From: a virus
Lineage: Duplodnaviria; Heunggongvirae; Uroviricota; Caudoviricetes
Virus record (IMG/VR): IMGVR_UViG_3300020049_016248
DNA: 64,000 bases
Direction: 5' to 3' (one strand)
Of the stretch, positions 48,125 through 57,998 are shown piece by piece; position 1 is the first letter of the stretch; each line of letters begins with the position of its first letter. A program made the translations under genes and the position numbers. A model generated the notes under the pieces. The model ran no database searches. It saw nothing but the letters and a program-made list of their open reading frames with translations, and was not told the origin of the DNA.

Positions 48125-49055
48125 GCAAAATCGTATTAGTGTCTCTCGCCCTGAAACATTTTTAAGTGGAAGAGTCGGGGATTTATTAAGTGGAGCTGAA
48201 AAAAATGGTATAAACCGTGTTTTCTACTTCGGACAAGTTATTGATTCAGAGGACCCAGATAATGCAAATCGTATTAGAGTAAGGATCCCCTTAATTGATG
48301 ATGCTTTTTACTATAATGATAGCGGAGAATTAACAAATACAGAAGGTCATGATAAATTACCTTATTGTATTGCTGCACATGGTAGGTATGTTGAATCACC
48401 AGAGAACGGGTCTGTTGTTTTAGTTGGATTGATGGATCCTTCTTCACCTTTTGCAGGTAGAATTTGGTTTGCAGCATCTAATGAATTATCATCAACTGAT
48501 CTTTTTGATAAAGAAAGACTAAATGAAGAAATTGATTCTAACACAGCATGGGAAAATGCAGAAGAATCAATCAGAGTAAATTATAACAATACACCTGGTA
48601 AAGGTAATAGATCTTCAATTCAATCAAAAAAGAAAACAGTTAATTATAAAGTTGGATTGAGAGGTAAAGATAAGAATAAACTTTTATTTGAAAAAGGTAA
48701 AACTACTTTAGTTCAAAATGAAGGTGAAAACAATGATGAAAGTAAAATTGAATTAACTGAAAAGTTTATATCAAATGCAAAAGAGTTTGAATTTCTAGCG
48801 AATCAGTCTAATAAAAAACATCAACCAGTTTTTGCTGATCCTTTATTTACATTTATGCAATCACAATTAAATTTATTAAATCAAATTATTACACTTTTAA
48901 ATACTTCACCTGGAACTACTACATATCCCGGTTCACCAGTATCACCTTCACCATCAGCTCCGTCAATTCAAGCGTCATATCAAAAATTAACTTTAGATTT
49001 TAATAAGTTAAAGCAAAAAGGTGAAGGTCATAGTAAGTATATAACAATTTCATAA
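48117..49055 (+). CDS. baseplate hub/spike protein (gp5/VgrG OB-fold)
   Basis: GQVIDSEDPDNANRIRVRIP, PENGSVVLV, RIWF. Confidence 0.8.
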   Translation: MAKQNRISVSRPETFLSGRVGDLLSGAEKNGINRVFYFGQVIDSEDPDNANRIRVRIPLIDDAFYYNDSGELTNTEGHDKLPYCIAAHGRYVESPENGSVVLVGLMDPSSPFAGRIWFAASNELSSTDLFDKERLNEEIDSNTAWENAEESIRVNYNNTPGKGNRSSIQSKKKTVNYKVGLRGKDKNKLLFEKGKTTLVQNEGENNDESKIELTEKFISNAKEFEFLANQSNKKHQPVFADPLFTFMQSQLNLLNQIITLLNTSPGTTTYPGSPVSPSPSAPSIQASYQKLTLDFNKLKQKGEGHSKYITIS

Positions 49056-49402
49056 TGGCTACAAGACAAGAAGGTATAGAGAAAAAAATGTTAGCAGCAG
49101 GTGTAGAGATATCAAATCTAACAACACCTGGAATTGCTCCATCTCCAAAATCAGTTATGATAGCTAAAATATCAGCAAAAGCTATAACTGAAACAAAAGA
49201 TTCAGGGTTAGTAACTATTACAAACAACTTAGGAGTATATAGTTTTACACACGGTCTAGGTTATACACCAAGTGTAAATTTAATAATACCACAATATTCA
49301 GGTAATCTACCTTATATAAAAGATATAAACGATCAAACAGTAACAATAAGTGTTATTGGTTCAACAAGTTCACCAACAATCATAAGAATTATTTGTCATT
49401 AA
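49055..49402 (+). CDS. small baseplate/fiber-associated protein
   Basis: FTHGLGYTPSV beta-sandwich motif; between gp5 and gp25. Confidence 0.5.
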   Translation: MATRQEGIEKKMLAAGVEISNLTTPGIAPSPKSVMIAKISAKAITETKDSGLVTITNNLGVYSFTHGLGYTPSVNLIIPQYSGNLPYIKDINDQTVTISVIGSTSSPTIIRIICH

Positions 49403-49776
49403 TGAAAAAATCTGCCTCATTACTTTTTCCTTTTCAAAAAGACTCAGAAACAAATGGGTTGAAAAGAGCTCATACAGTTAACGATACGATAACAAGTGCT
49501 ATAAAATTATTCTTGATAACAGAAAAAGGTCAGAGAAGAGGGAATCCTATTGGATCTTTTTTACCTTCTTTGCAACATAAATTAATTCCACAAGAAGCTT
49601 TATCAGGTTTTGCTGATGAATTGAAAAATGAATTAACTAAACAATTCCCTGGAGTTACATTTACTAACATTACTTTAACTAAAGTAATAGAGAATAATAC
49701 AAGTGTTTTAAAAGTTAACGTAGAGTTTGGTACAGCTTTATCTGACATATCTCAACTTGAACTGTTAATACAGTAG
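49402..49776 (+). CDS. gp25: baseplate wedge subunit (gp25-like)
   Basis: FPF, IKLFLITEKGQRRGNPIGS. Confidence 0.85.
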   Translation: MKKSASLLFPFQKDSETNGLKRAHTVNDTITSAIKLFLITEKGQRRGNPIGSFLPSLQHKLIPQEALSGFADELKNELTKQFPGVTFTNITLTKVIENNTSVLKVNVEFGTALSDISQLELLIQ

Positions 49777-49824
49777 TTCAGGGAAAAAAAATTGTTTATT
49801 TTGTTATATTTAACTTAAAAGTAA

Positions 49825-50670
49825 ATGGAAACAACATTTATTTATGCACTGATTGACCCTAGAGATAATAAAGTAAGATATATTGGGAAAGCAAATAAGC
49901 CTAAGTATCGTTTACAAGCACATTTAACAGATAAGACAAAAACACATAAATGTAGTTGGATTAAAAGTTTGTTAAAAGAAGATTTAAAACCAGAACTTTT
50001 AATCATAGATGAAGTTTCTTTTAAAGAATGGCAATTTTGGGAACAACATTATATCAGTTTATATAAATCATGGGGGTTTAATTTAACTAATGGAAACAGT
50101 GGCGGGTATGGACAGGTAAAATGTTCTGAAACTACTCGGGTAAAATTACGTCTAGCAAATTTAGGTAAAAAAATTTCTAATGCGACAAAAATTAAAATGA
50201 GTAAAAGTCATAAAGTATTTTATGCAAAAATGACTATAGAGCAAAAAAAAGAAAGAAAAAAAATTGCCAAACTAGCAGGTAAAAAAACAAAAAAAACACG
50301 AACAAAAAACAATTCATATTCTCGATCTTTAGAATCAATAGAGAAAATGTTACAAACGAGAGTTGAAAAAAAGTTAAATAAACATTCAGAAGTCGCTAAG
50401 GCTAAAATGCGTGAAAGACGATTGGAAAACCCGGTTACCTTTTGGAAAGGTAAAACTAGTGAAAATTGTGAGCAAGTTAGAAAAAATGCAGAAAAGCGTT
50501 GTAAAAAAGTTTTGCAAAAATCTCTTGAAAACGGTAGTGTTAAAGAATGGTCATCAATAAAAGAAGCTGCGTTGACACTAAATATAGCATCTTCTAGAAT
50601 AAGTGAATGTTGTAATTCATATAAAGGAAGAACAACAATTGGTAAATATAAATGGGAATTTAAGAAATAA
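49825..50670 (+). mobile_element. free-standing GIY-YIG homing endonuclease with NUMOD3/NUMOD1-like repeats
   Basis: FIYALIDP..VRYIGK, EQHYI, LTN..GG, SEETRxK-type repeats, WSSIKEAA..ISECC..YKW. Confidence 0.85.
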
Positions 50671-50682
50671 AGTAAAAAAGCA

Positions 50683-52857
50683 ATGGCAAGTACACAAAAC
50701 GTTCAAGTTAATTATTTAAGTAGAGATTTTAACTCTTTGAGAGAAGATTTAATTAATTTTGCAAAACAATATCATCCGGATAAGTTTGCTTATTTTAACG
50801 ATGCTTCACCAGATATAATGTATGCAGAAATGTGTGCTTTCGTAGGAGATATGTTATCTTATTATACAGATAAGAGTTTTAACGAAAGTTTTCTATCAAC
50901 TGCACAAGCAGGTTTATCATTAGTTAGAATTGCACAAGATTTAGGGTTTTTTGAATTAGGTCAAACACCTGCTTCAACTCAAGTGATGTTATCTATCACA
51001 GTACCTAAATATGTAGACCCTTTAACAGGAGTTGTTTCTCCTAACTCTGATTTATTACCTGCTTTGAAACCTGGGATATTATTAAAATCAGACAGTGGTG
51101 TTAGTTTTGAAATCTTAGAAGAAGTTAATTTTGCTGATTCATTCAATCGACAAATAATCCCTAATTTTGATGCTAACAATCAAATAATTGATTATGTAGT
51201 AGAAAAAGCAGTAGTTGCAAAGGCTGGTGAGACAAAAATACAAAGATTTTATGTATCAGCTGATTTAGCTAAACCTTTTTTAAACATTACATTAGATGAT
51301 AATGATATTACTGAAGTTGTAGGTGTTGTTACAAAGACAGGTAATCAATATGTAGCACCTCCAGATGAAGATTTTATTGACCCAGACAAAGCATGGTTTG
51401 AGGTAAGAGCTTTAGCAGATAATAAATTATTCGTTGATATAAATACAACTCAACAAGTTACTCAAAGTTTAGCAAGTTATATTACTCCAGTAGTAAAACA
51501 AGGAACATATGTAGATATTCCTAAAAGATTTATTACTAGAAGAGATGTTAATGGTTTAGTTTCTTTAACTTTTGGTTCTAGTACACCATTGTTTGATTCT
51601 TTTAATAGTTTAATACAACAAAGTGTTGTTAATTCAAGTACAATTTCTTTGAATACTGTATTACAAAATTCTGTTTTAGGTGAAATACCTGCCCCGAACA
51701 CAACTTTATTTATAAAGTATAGAATTGGTGGCGGAGTTGAATCTAATGTTCAAACAGGTCAAATTAACACAGTTGCTATCAAGACATTTTTCCCTGCATC
51801 ACCAACAGCATCTTTAACAGATTTACAAACTGTTAGAAACTCGTTGAAAGTAAGAAACGATATACCAGCAATGGGTGGTAAAGCTGCTCCTTCTAAAGAA
51901 GAGATAAGAGCAACTGCATCTAAATTGTTTGCTGCACAAGACAGAGGTGTAACTTATGAAGATATTAAGAGTATCATTTCAACTATGCCACCAGAGTTTG
52001 GTAGACCTTTTCGTATAGCTTATGAGGAAATAAAACCAAGAGTGGCAAATTATCAACAAGTAGAAAATGGTGTCAATTCATTGTTAACTGATTTACTTGC
52101 AGAAACTACTGCAGTAGGGAGACAACAGAAAGCACAAGCTATTTCTAAATTCTTAACAGATTTAAGAAATGGTCCAGTTACTATAAATAATACAACAGTT
52201 CAATCAACGTTAGATACTACATCTTTAAACTTATTAGGTGTAGCACCAAGTTTATGGATTGGGGAAAAGGCTAGGTTATATGTATTAGGAATAGATGAAA
52301 ATCAACAATTACTTTCTGCATATAAAAATAGTGATAACATTTGGATATCACCAAATGAATTATTGAAAACAAATATAAGAGAATTTTTATCTACAAAAAG
52401 ATTAATAGGGGATTGGATTGATATAGTAGATGCTAGAATTGTAAATATTCAAGTAGAATTTACAGTTTTAGTAGATAAGAAAAATAAGCAACAAGTATTA
52501 CTTGAATGTTTAAATAAATTAAGAGATTATTTTAATATTAACAACTGGCAAATTAATCAACCAATATTTGTATCAAACGTAAGTACTATTTTACAAGAGA
52601 TTAACGGTGTGATAAACGTTGTTGATTTGAAATTTTATAATATTTTCGGAACATCAACAAGTAATATAGACCCTATATCAGGTAGAGTTTATTCTCCAAT
52701 AGAAACAGGTCGTTATAGAAACAATTCCTCTACTCCAGCTTCTTTAAGTAACAATAAGTTTTTAATGAATCAAGTTAATGGAGTAATATTACCTTATAGT
52801 GATACTATTTTTGAAGTAAAATACCCCGAGAGCGATATCGTGGCTAAGGCAATTTAA
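50683..52857 (+). CDS. gp6: baseplate wedge protein (gp6-like)
   Basis: YLSRDFNSLREDL, FVGDMLSYYTD, YRIGGG..SN, AQDRGVTYED, EVKYP..DI. Confidence 0.9.
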   Translation: MASTQNVQVNYLSRDFNSLREDLINFAKQYHPDKFAYFNDASPDIMYAEMCAFVGDMLSYYTDKSFNESFLSTAQAGLSLVRIAQDLGFFELGQTPASTQVMLSITVPKYVDPLTGVVSPNSDLLPALKPGILLKSDSGVSFEILEEVNFADSFNRQIIPNFDANNQIIDYVVEKAVVAKAGETKIQRFYVSADLAKPFLNITLDDNDITEVVGVVTKTGNQYVAPPDEDFIDPDKAWFEVRALADNKLFVDINTTQQVTQSLASYITPVVKQGTYVDIPKRFITRRDVNGLVSLTFGSSTPLFDSFNSLIQQSVVNSSTISLNTVLQNSVLGEIPAPNTTLFIKYRIGGGVESNVQTGQINTVAIKTFFPASPTASLTDLQTVRNSLKVRNDIPAMGGKAAPSKEEIRATASKLFAAQDRGVTYEDIKSIISTMPPEFGRPFRIAYEEIKPRVANYQQVENGVNSLLTDLLAETTAVGRQQKAQAISKFLTDLRNGPVTINNTTVQSTLDTTSLNLLGVAPSLWIGEKARLYVLGIDENQQLLSAYKNSDNIWISPNELLKTNIREFLSTKRLIGDWIDIVDARIVNIQVEFTVLVDKKNKQQVLLECLNKLRDYFNINNWQINQPIFVSNVSTILQEINGVINVVDLKFYNIFGTSTSNIDPISGRVYSPIETGRYRNNSSTPASLSNNKFLMNQVNGVILPYSDTIFEVKYPESDIVAKAI

Positions 52858-52899
52858 CGAGATTTTTACCAATTTTATATAAAACTAAAAAAATATATT

Positions 52900-53973
52900 A
52901 TGGATTTGGGAAAATATCACTCATTGCAAAAGAAATTTGAAAACAAACGCTTCGAAAAAACTCATTACTGGACTAATAAAACTTTATACTATGGTTCTTT
53001 TTTAGGGAACTTACTAAGTATTATACTTGCTTTCTTCTTTGTTAATAAAATTTCCAAAGAAACAGCAGTTCATTTTGCAGGTCAAGATTGGATATTACCA
53101 ATCTTTGTTGTTCTTTTCTTAACAATATTTGAATTTGCTAAACGATTTACCTTTGCAAACACTGTAGTTTCTTATCTAACTACAAAGAAACTAACCTTAA
53201 CTTTTTTTCTAAGTTTAATTTTTTCCTTATCTCTTGTAGGTTTAACCTTTTATTTATCTTTAAGTGGAGCAAATCATTATGCTAATAAATCAGAGGTCAT
53301 TGAGATTAATACTCAACAAAGTATCAATAAAGTAAATGATAGTTTAACAAATTATTATGTTGTTGAAAATAAGAAATTAGAAGATAGAATTGATTATCTT
53401 TATACAGCAGCTGCACAAAGAAAAAAGAAAAGCTTAACAGAGAGTGAAGTACAACAAGTACAAGGGTGGGAAGTTCTAATAGAAAAAAACAAACAAGTAT
53501 TAGAAAATAAGATTAAAGAAGCAAATCAAGTTTCATTATTAAGTGCAGAGAAAGAAAAAGAAAAATCTAGTAAAAATCAAATAGCTTTTATTTTGATTTC
53601 TGCATTTATTGAATTGTTAATTTTAATAGGTGTAGGTTTCTCTCAATATTATGCATTTCTTTCTTTCAAAGAAAAGAAAGAAGCTCTTGTAAACAATGCG
53701 AACTATCATAAACTTATTAATTACCTTGATCTCTTAAGAGTTCTATACAACAATGGTAAAACAACAACTGGTGCTATTTTACCTTCTTTTAATCAATTTA
53801 AAGATTTAGCTAACGCTTCAGGAAAAAAATATCAATATAAAACTTTAAAAGAATTTATAACACTAACAAGTCATTTGAAAGTAATACAAACAGTAGGTAA
53901 AAATAAAACAGTAATTGTTTCTTATGAACAAGCACAAGAGATAATAAATAACTATTTAACAATAGAAGATTAA
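52900..53973 (+). CDS. multi-TM membrane protein with coiled coil
   Basis: three N-terminal TMs, coiled coil, one further TM. Confidence 0.65.
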   Translation: MDLGKYHSLQKKFENKRFEKTHYWTNKTLYYGSFLGNLLSIILAFFFVNKISKETAVHFAGQDWILPIFVVLFLTIFEFAKRFTFANTVVSYLTTKKLTLTFFLSLIFSLSLVGLTFYLSLSGANHYANKSEVIEINTQQSINKVNDSLTNYYVVENKKLEDRIDYLYTAAAQRKKKSLTESEVQQVQGWEVLIEKNKQVLENKIKEANQVSLLSAEKEKEKSSKNQIAFILISAFIELLILIGVGFSQYYAFLSFKEKKEALVNNANYHKLINYLDLLRVLYNNGKTTTGAILPSFNQFKDLANASGKKYQYKTLKEFITLTSHLKVIQTVGKNKTVIVSYEQAQEIINNYLTIED

Positions 53974-53987
53974 CTAATACATAACAA

Positions 53988-54740
53988 ATGAGAAAACCGA
54001 AAAGTAAAAAGCGTTTATCCTCTGAGGAAGAAGATGAAATTGTTCGAAGTATGAATCAAAGAGCTAAACCTAACGAGTTTAATTTGAATAACTTAAACAT
54101 AAATTTTAAATGTAAAACAGAAAATCAAAAAAAATTCGTCAATTTAATCAAAGAAAAAGAAATTATAATTGGTGCTGGGTTTTCAGGTTGTGGTAAGACT
54201 TTTCTTGCAGCTGCACAAGCTTTAAAACTATTGAAATCAGAACCACATTTTAAAAAAATCATGTTAGTTAAATCAGTAACTGATTTGAAAGGTGAAGAAG
54301 TAGGGTTTTTAAAAGGTGAGTTGAAAGATAAAATGCAACCTTATATGGAATCTTTCAAAGATAATTTTACTAAATTGATAGGACCAGCTAATGCTAACAA
54401 ATTACAAGAATTAGGGTTGATTGAAATACAACCTTTAGCATTTATTCGTGGAAGATCGATTGATAATACGATTATTATTGTAGATGAAGCTCAAAACTTA
54501 AGTTATGATGTAATGAAAGCTGTTTTAACTCGAATAGGGGAAAATAGTAAAATAATTATAACTGGAGATGTTAAGCAAATAGATTTAAAGCAAAAGCGAG
54601 AATCTTGTTTGTTATGGTTAACAGAAAAGTTTGAAGGTAATTCTCACTTTGGGGTTGTAAAGTTTGAAAAAACAGATCAGGTGAGAAACCCAATAATTAA
54701 TATTATTGAAGATATGTTTGATGAATTAGATAATAAATAA
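53988..54740 (+). CDS. phoH: PhoH-family ATPase
   Basis: GFSGCGKTF, GFLKG, PLAFIRGRS, DEAQN, TRIGE, GD..QID, RNP. Confidence 0.95.
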   Translation: MRKPKSKKRLSSEEEDEIVRSMNQRAKPNEFNLNNLNINFKCKTENQKKFVNLIKEKEIIIGAGFSGCGKTFLAAAQALKLLKSEPHFKKIMLVKSVTDLKGEEVGFLKGELKDKMQPYMESFKDNFTKLIGPANANKLQELGLIEIQPLAFIRGRSIDNTIIIVDEAQNLSYDVMKAVLTRIGENSKIIITGDVKQIDLKQKRESCLLWLTEKFEGNSHFGVVKFEKTDQVRNPIINIIEDMFDELDNK

Positions 54741-54768
54741 CTATTTATCAATATAATCTAAGTTAAAA

Positions 54769-55404
54769 ATGAATTATCAACAAAATATACAGAAGTTAAA
54801 TAAAGCTTTGGAGATGTTAGCAAATCAAGATAAGCTAACTCCGCAACATGAAACTAAAATTAAACAAATTAATCAAATTACTGATTTGTTTCAAAAATAT
54901 ACTGCTTTAAATAAGTTTTATATTGATAGTAACTTCCCAGCAATTGATACGTTGTTAAAACCAGAGGTAGAAAGTAAATCAGGTTTATCTTCAGAAGAAA
55001 TAAACACTATGAAGTTAGATCAAATAACTACTTGGTTAAATATTTATAACACTGTAATAAATACTAAACATAAAAACGATGAGTTTGATAAAAACACTTT
55101 TGCTGAATTGTTAAATTCAAATAAAAAAGCTGGAAACGATACTAGAAAGCAATTATTAAGTTTAGTTTCATTTGCTAACAAATATCTTGCAGGTGAAAAT
55201 ATTAAAGCAGAGTTTGATAAAATTAAAGAAGAACAAGGTAAACAAACTACTCAATCTCAACCTGCAAGCGTTGTTGATAATTTAACTGCTAAAGGTTTAA
55301 CAAGTGTGAAGAAAAAATCACCTGAGGAAATTAAATTATTAAATAGATATGTTAGTTATATTGAAAAATTAACTGGTCAAAAAATCAAATTTGTTGAAAA
55401 TTAA
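54769..55404 (+). CDS. late protein ending in a GKKV-type motif
   Basis: CTATTTAT upstream (54741); ends IEKLTGQKIKFVEN. Confidence 0.6.
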   Translation: MNYQQNIQKLNKALEMLANQDKLTPQHETKIKQINQITDLFQKYTALNKFYIDSNFPAIDTLLKPEVESKSGLSSEEINTMKLDQITTWLNIYNTVINTKHKNDEFDKNTFAELLNSNKKAGNDTRKQLLSLVSFANKYLAGENIKAEFDKIKEEQGKQTTQSQPASVVDNLTAKGLTSVKKKSPEEIKLLNRYVSYIEKLTGQKIKFVEN

Positions 55405-55553
55405 TGAAAACAGATAAACTTACCTTAGAAAGGAAAATGATGATAATTGAATGTCTCAGTGAAAGAGGACGCTATAAAAATTGTAGTTTAAGGACCAGAT
55501 TAGGTGTGTTAAAAGCTAGAATTATTTGGTTTTTGATTTATCGTTGGGTGTGA
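55404..55553 (+). CDS. 49-aa hypothetical protein (not in ORF track)
   Basis: TAATG coupling; MKTDKLTLERK...WFLIYRWV. Confidence 0.4.
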   Translation: MKTDKLTLERKMMIIECLSERGRYKNCSLRTRLGVLKARIIWFLIYRWV

Positions 55554-55656
55554 TTTTAAAAAACGTATTCTAGGGTTAGGTAGACTTACCCCTATTGAAG
55601 TAAATGTTAACGACAGTAACAAAGAAAGTTAACTAAATTTCTTAAAAATTACCTAG

Positions 55657-55682
55657 TGAAACCTGCAGAGATTGCAGGTTTT
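55657..55682 (+). terminator. hairpin, copy of 2991-3019
   Basis: GAAACCTGCAG-aga-TTGCAGGTTTT. Confidence 0.6.
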
Positions 55683-55728
55683 GTTGTTTATAAAATATTT
55701 CTTATATTCAGGTATATAGAGAACTCGT

Positions 55729-55926
55729 ATGCAAATAGAAGCGCTAACTCATATCTTAGGAAAAAGAGTAAAAGTTAAAGATAAAAAAGGTGAAGAACAT
55801 TTTGGTATTCTTCAATTCGTTGGTGAAAGTGAATTCTTTCCTAGTGTAGGTTTGTGTTGCACTATCAGTAGACAGCCTCATATTCAAATCAAATCAATTT
55901 TAGATATAACTCTATTAGAAGAATAG
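55729..55926 (+). CDS. small SH3/Sm-like protein
   Basis: LGKRVKVKD..GEEHFGIL. Confidence 0.55.
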   Translation: MQIEALTHILGKRVKVKDKKGEEHFGILQFVGESEFFPSVGLCCTISRQPHIQIKSILDITLLEE

Positions 55927-55927
55927 T

Positions 55928-56290
55928 ATGGAGAAGTTTCCCTATACAGCAGGTGTTTTTAAACGAATGGATTGCATTTGTGAAATTTATGCAATCCATT
56001 CTACCCCTAGTCGTAGTTGTGCACTTAGTTATTGTATACCAGTTAAAAGTTTACCAACTGCTTTTTTTGAATCACTGACAGACCCAGATGATAGGGTGTT
56101 TTGTTTGAAAGAGTGGACTGTTGCTAATTGGGCTTCCAATAATCAGCTTACTATAGATGTTTCAGAAAATATTACCTCTCACTTTGGAGATGAATGTATT
56201 TGGGTGTCAGATGTTGAAATTTGTTTAATAGAAATAAAAGATATAGAAAAAGAAATTATAAAAATTAACGTTGAATTGAATTCACAATGA
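55928..56290 (+). CDS. IxxEL-tagged hypothetical protein
   Basis: ends IEKEIIKINVELNSQ. Confidence 0.7.
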   Translation: MEKFPYTAGVFKRMDCICEIYAIHSTPSRSCALSYCIPVKSLPTAFFESLTDPDDRVFCLKEWTVANWASNNQLTIDVSENITSHFGDECIWVSDVEICLIEIKDIEKEIIKINVELNSQ

Positions 56291-56694
56291 GCTTAAGAGA
56301 TACGGAATTAGTTTTAGGTGATATAGTTAAAATTATAATAGGGCATCAAACTTTTATTGGAGAAGTTGTTGTTGTTAGAAAGTTTTTAAGTGATTACGCT
56401 AAAAAAAATTGGAATAAAACTTTAATAAAAATTATAGACGGTGCTCCATATAAAGTACTTCCTACTCAAACTATCACCCCCACACTTTTTAGAATAACAC
56501 ATGATATAATTAATAGAGAATTAACAGAGCATCAGAAAGAGTTTTACATTGAAGAGTCTAATCTTCAAGAAGAAGATCTTTTCAGTTTAGCAACATGGAT
56601 ATCAAATGATGTTACATATTTGGAAAAGGTTTCAGAAAACATTTTACTTTTAAGCAAAACTATAAGTAGTATAAACGAAGAATTAGAAAGTTAA
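56287..56694 (+). CDS. IxxEL-tagged hypothetical protein (KOW-like start)
   Basis: LVLGDIVKI; ends LSKTISSINEELES. Confidence 0.7.
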   Translation: MSLRDTELVLGDIVKIIIGHQTFIGEVVVVRKFLSDYAKKNWNKTLIKIIDGAPYKVLPTQTITPTLFRITHDIINRELTEHQKEFYIEESNLQEEDLFSLATWISNDVTYLEKVSENILLLSKTISSINEELES

Positions 56695-56695
56695 C

Positions 56696-56941
56696 ATGGC
56701 AACACAGACAATTTATGTTTTTCAACCTGAAGATTATCAAGGTGAATTGAATTTAAACGCATTAGAAAGAAGAATTATTGTTCGAGAATTAAAAAGAACT
56801 CAACGTTTCAATAAAGCAGTTGCTTTGTTAGGGTTTACTACAAAGAGTTTAGAACGAAAATTAGTAGCACATCAAATTAAAGAAGAAGAATGGAAAGTTA
56901 TAAAACCAAGTACATCTAAGTTTAGAACAAAATGGGATTAA
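56696..56941 (+). CDS. Fis-like (HTH_8) DNA-binding protein
   Basis: LNALERRIIVREL.RT...KAVALLGFTTKSLERKL. Confidence 0.75.
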   Translation: MATQTIYVFQPEDYQGELNLNALERRIIVRELKRTQRFNKAVALLGFTTKSLERKLVAHQIKEEEWKVIKPSTSKFRTKWD

Positions 56942-57264
56942 CACAAAATGTATTCAAACCAATCTCTGTTAACAATACAATTGTTTATAAAGACAAACAA
57001 TATGTTGTAAGAGGTATAATGCAAGACAGAGGTTCTGAATGGATATTAGTAGACTGTAAAGAGGTAAGTTTTATTGATGGTAGGACTTGTTTTTTTCTAA
57101 CACGTTCAATGTTAGATAATTGGTCTGTAAGAGAACCTTTGTTAGATGAAGCAAATCTTAAAATTGGAAATGCTTACTGTTGGTTACCTTCTAAGGAAGT
57201 AGAGTTACTTAGTTTAGATCAAATAATTTTAAATATTAACATTGAGTTAGATTCAAATGTGTAA
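56932..57264 (+). CDS. paralog-array protein with IxxEL tag
   Basis: YVVRGI..WILV; ends LDQIILNINIELDSNV. Confidence 0.7.
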   Translation: MGLTQNVFKPISVNNTIVYKDKQYVVRGIMQDRGSEWILVDCKEVSFIDGRTCFFLTRSMLDNWSVREPLLDEANLKIGNAYCWLPSKEVELLSLDQIILNINIELDSNV

Positions 57265-57646
57265 AGCATTATCTTTAGGTAGGTTTCGTCTTGGACAAGT
57301 TTATTCTTTTGAAGGACTTGATTTTATTGTCCGCGGTGTGATGGATAATGGATTTGCGAATAAACCTCAAAGATTATTATTAGAGATTTATAAAGGAATT
57401 AATTATACACACTTGAATAGTCAGTGGGAATTGAATGATTATAGTTTTGTTATGGGGGAAGATATTAACTTGTATATCGCTAATTGGGAACAACAAAATC
57501 ATTTTATAGATAAAAAAGTATTACTTCCAGACTCTCGTTATATTGTATTAATGAACACTGTTTTATTATCTTTCGGTGTTGAATTAGATTCATTTTTAAT
57601 GGCTGAAGAAATAAAAAAAATAACACAAGAATTAAACAATGAATAA
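57257..57646 (+). CDS. paralog-array protein with IxxEL tag
   Basis: FIVRGV..RLLL; ends MAEEIKKITQELNNE. Confidence 0.7.
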   Translation: MCKALSLGRFRLGQVYSFEGLDFIVRGVMDNGFANKPQRLLLEIYKGINYTHLNSQWELNDYSFVMGEDINLYIANWEQQNHFIDKKVLLPDSRYIVLMNTVLLSFGVELDSFLMAEEIKKITQELNNE

Positions 57647-57998
57647 GTTTTTTTTAAATCAAGTTTTTTTTAAAGACGGTTATTATTTAGTCGTTCGAGG
57701 TGTAACAGGTAAAAGTTTTACAGGTGTAAAATCTAATCAAGAATTATTGTTAGAAGTTCGTAGTTCTGTAGAAGGTTCTAATAATTTAATAAAACCTTCT
57801 TGGTTAGCACATTCATTTGTTTTAACAAAGGTGACAAGTCATATTGCAGCATGGGAAAGTCAAGAATTTTTAATTGCTAAAAACTTTTTAAAAGAAGGAA
57901 AAAAATATGTTTGGTTGTCAGCTGATAAGTTTAGTAGAGAAGTTTTTGAATCATTAGAAGTTATTGTAGATAATATTAATAGAGAATTGAATGCATGA
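57639..57998 (+). CDS. paralog-array protein with IxxEL tag
   Basis: LVVRGV..ELLL; ends LEVIVDNINRELNA. Confidence 0.7.
   Translation: MNKFFLNQVFFKDGYYLVVRGVTGKSFTGVKSNQELLLEVRSSVEGSNNLIKPSWLAHSFVLTKVTSHIAAWESQEFLIAKNFLKEGKKYVWLSADKFSREVFESLEVIVDNINRELNA

Noticed and set aside
55565-55600. Imperfect hairpin TAGGGTTAGG..CTTACCCCTA in the intergenic gap
   Set aside because: It is a weak single stem with no second copy and too little support for an ncRNA.
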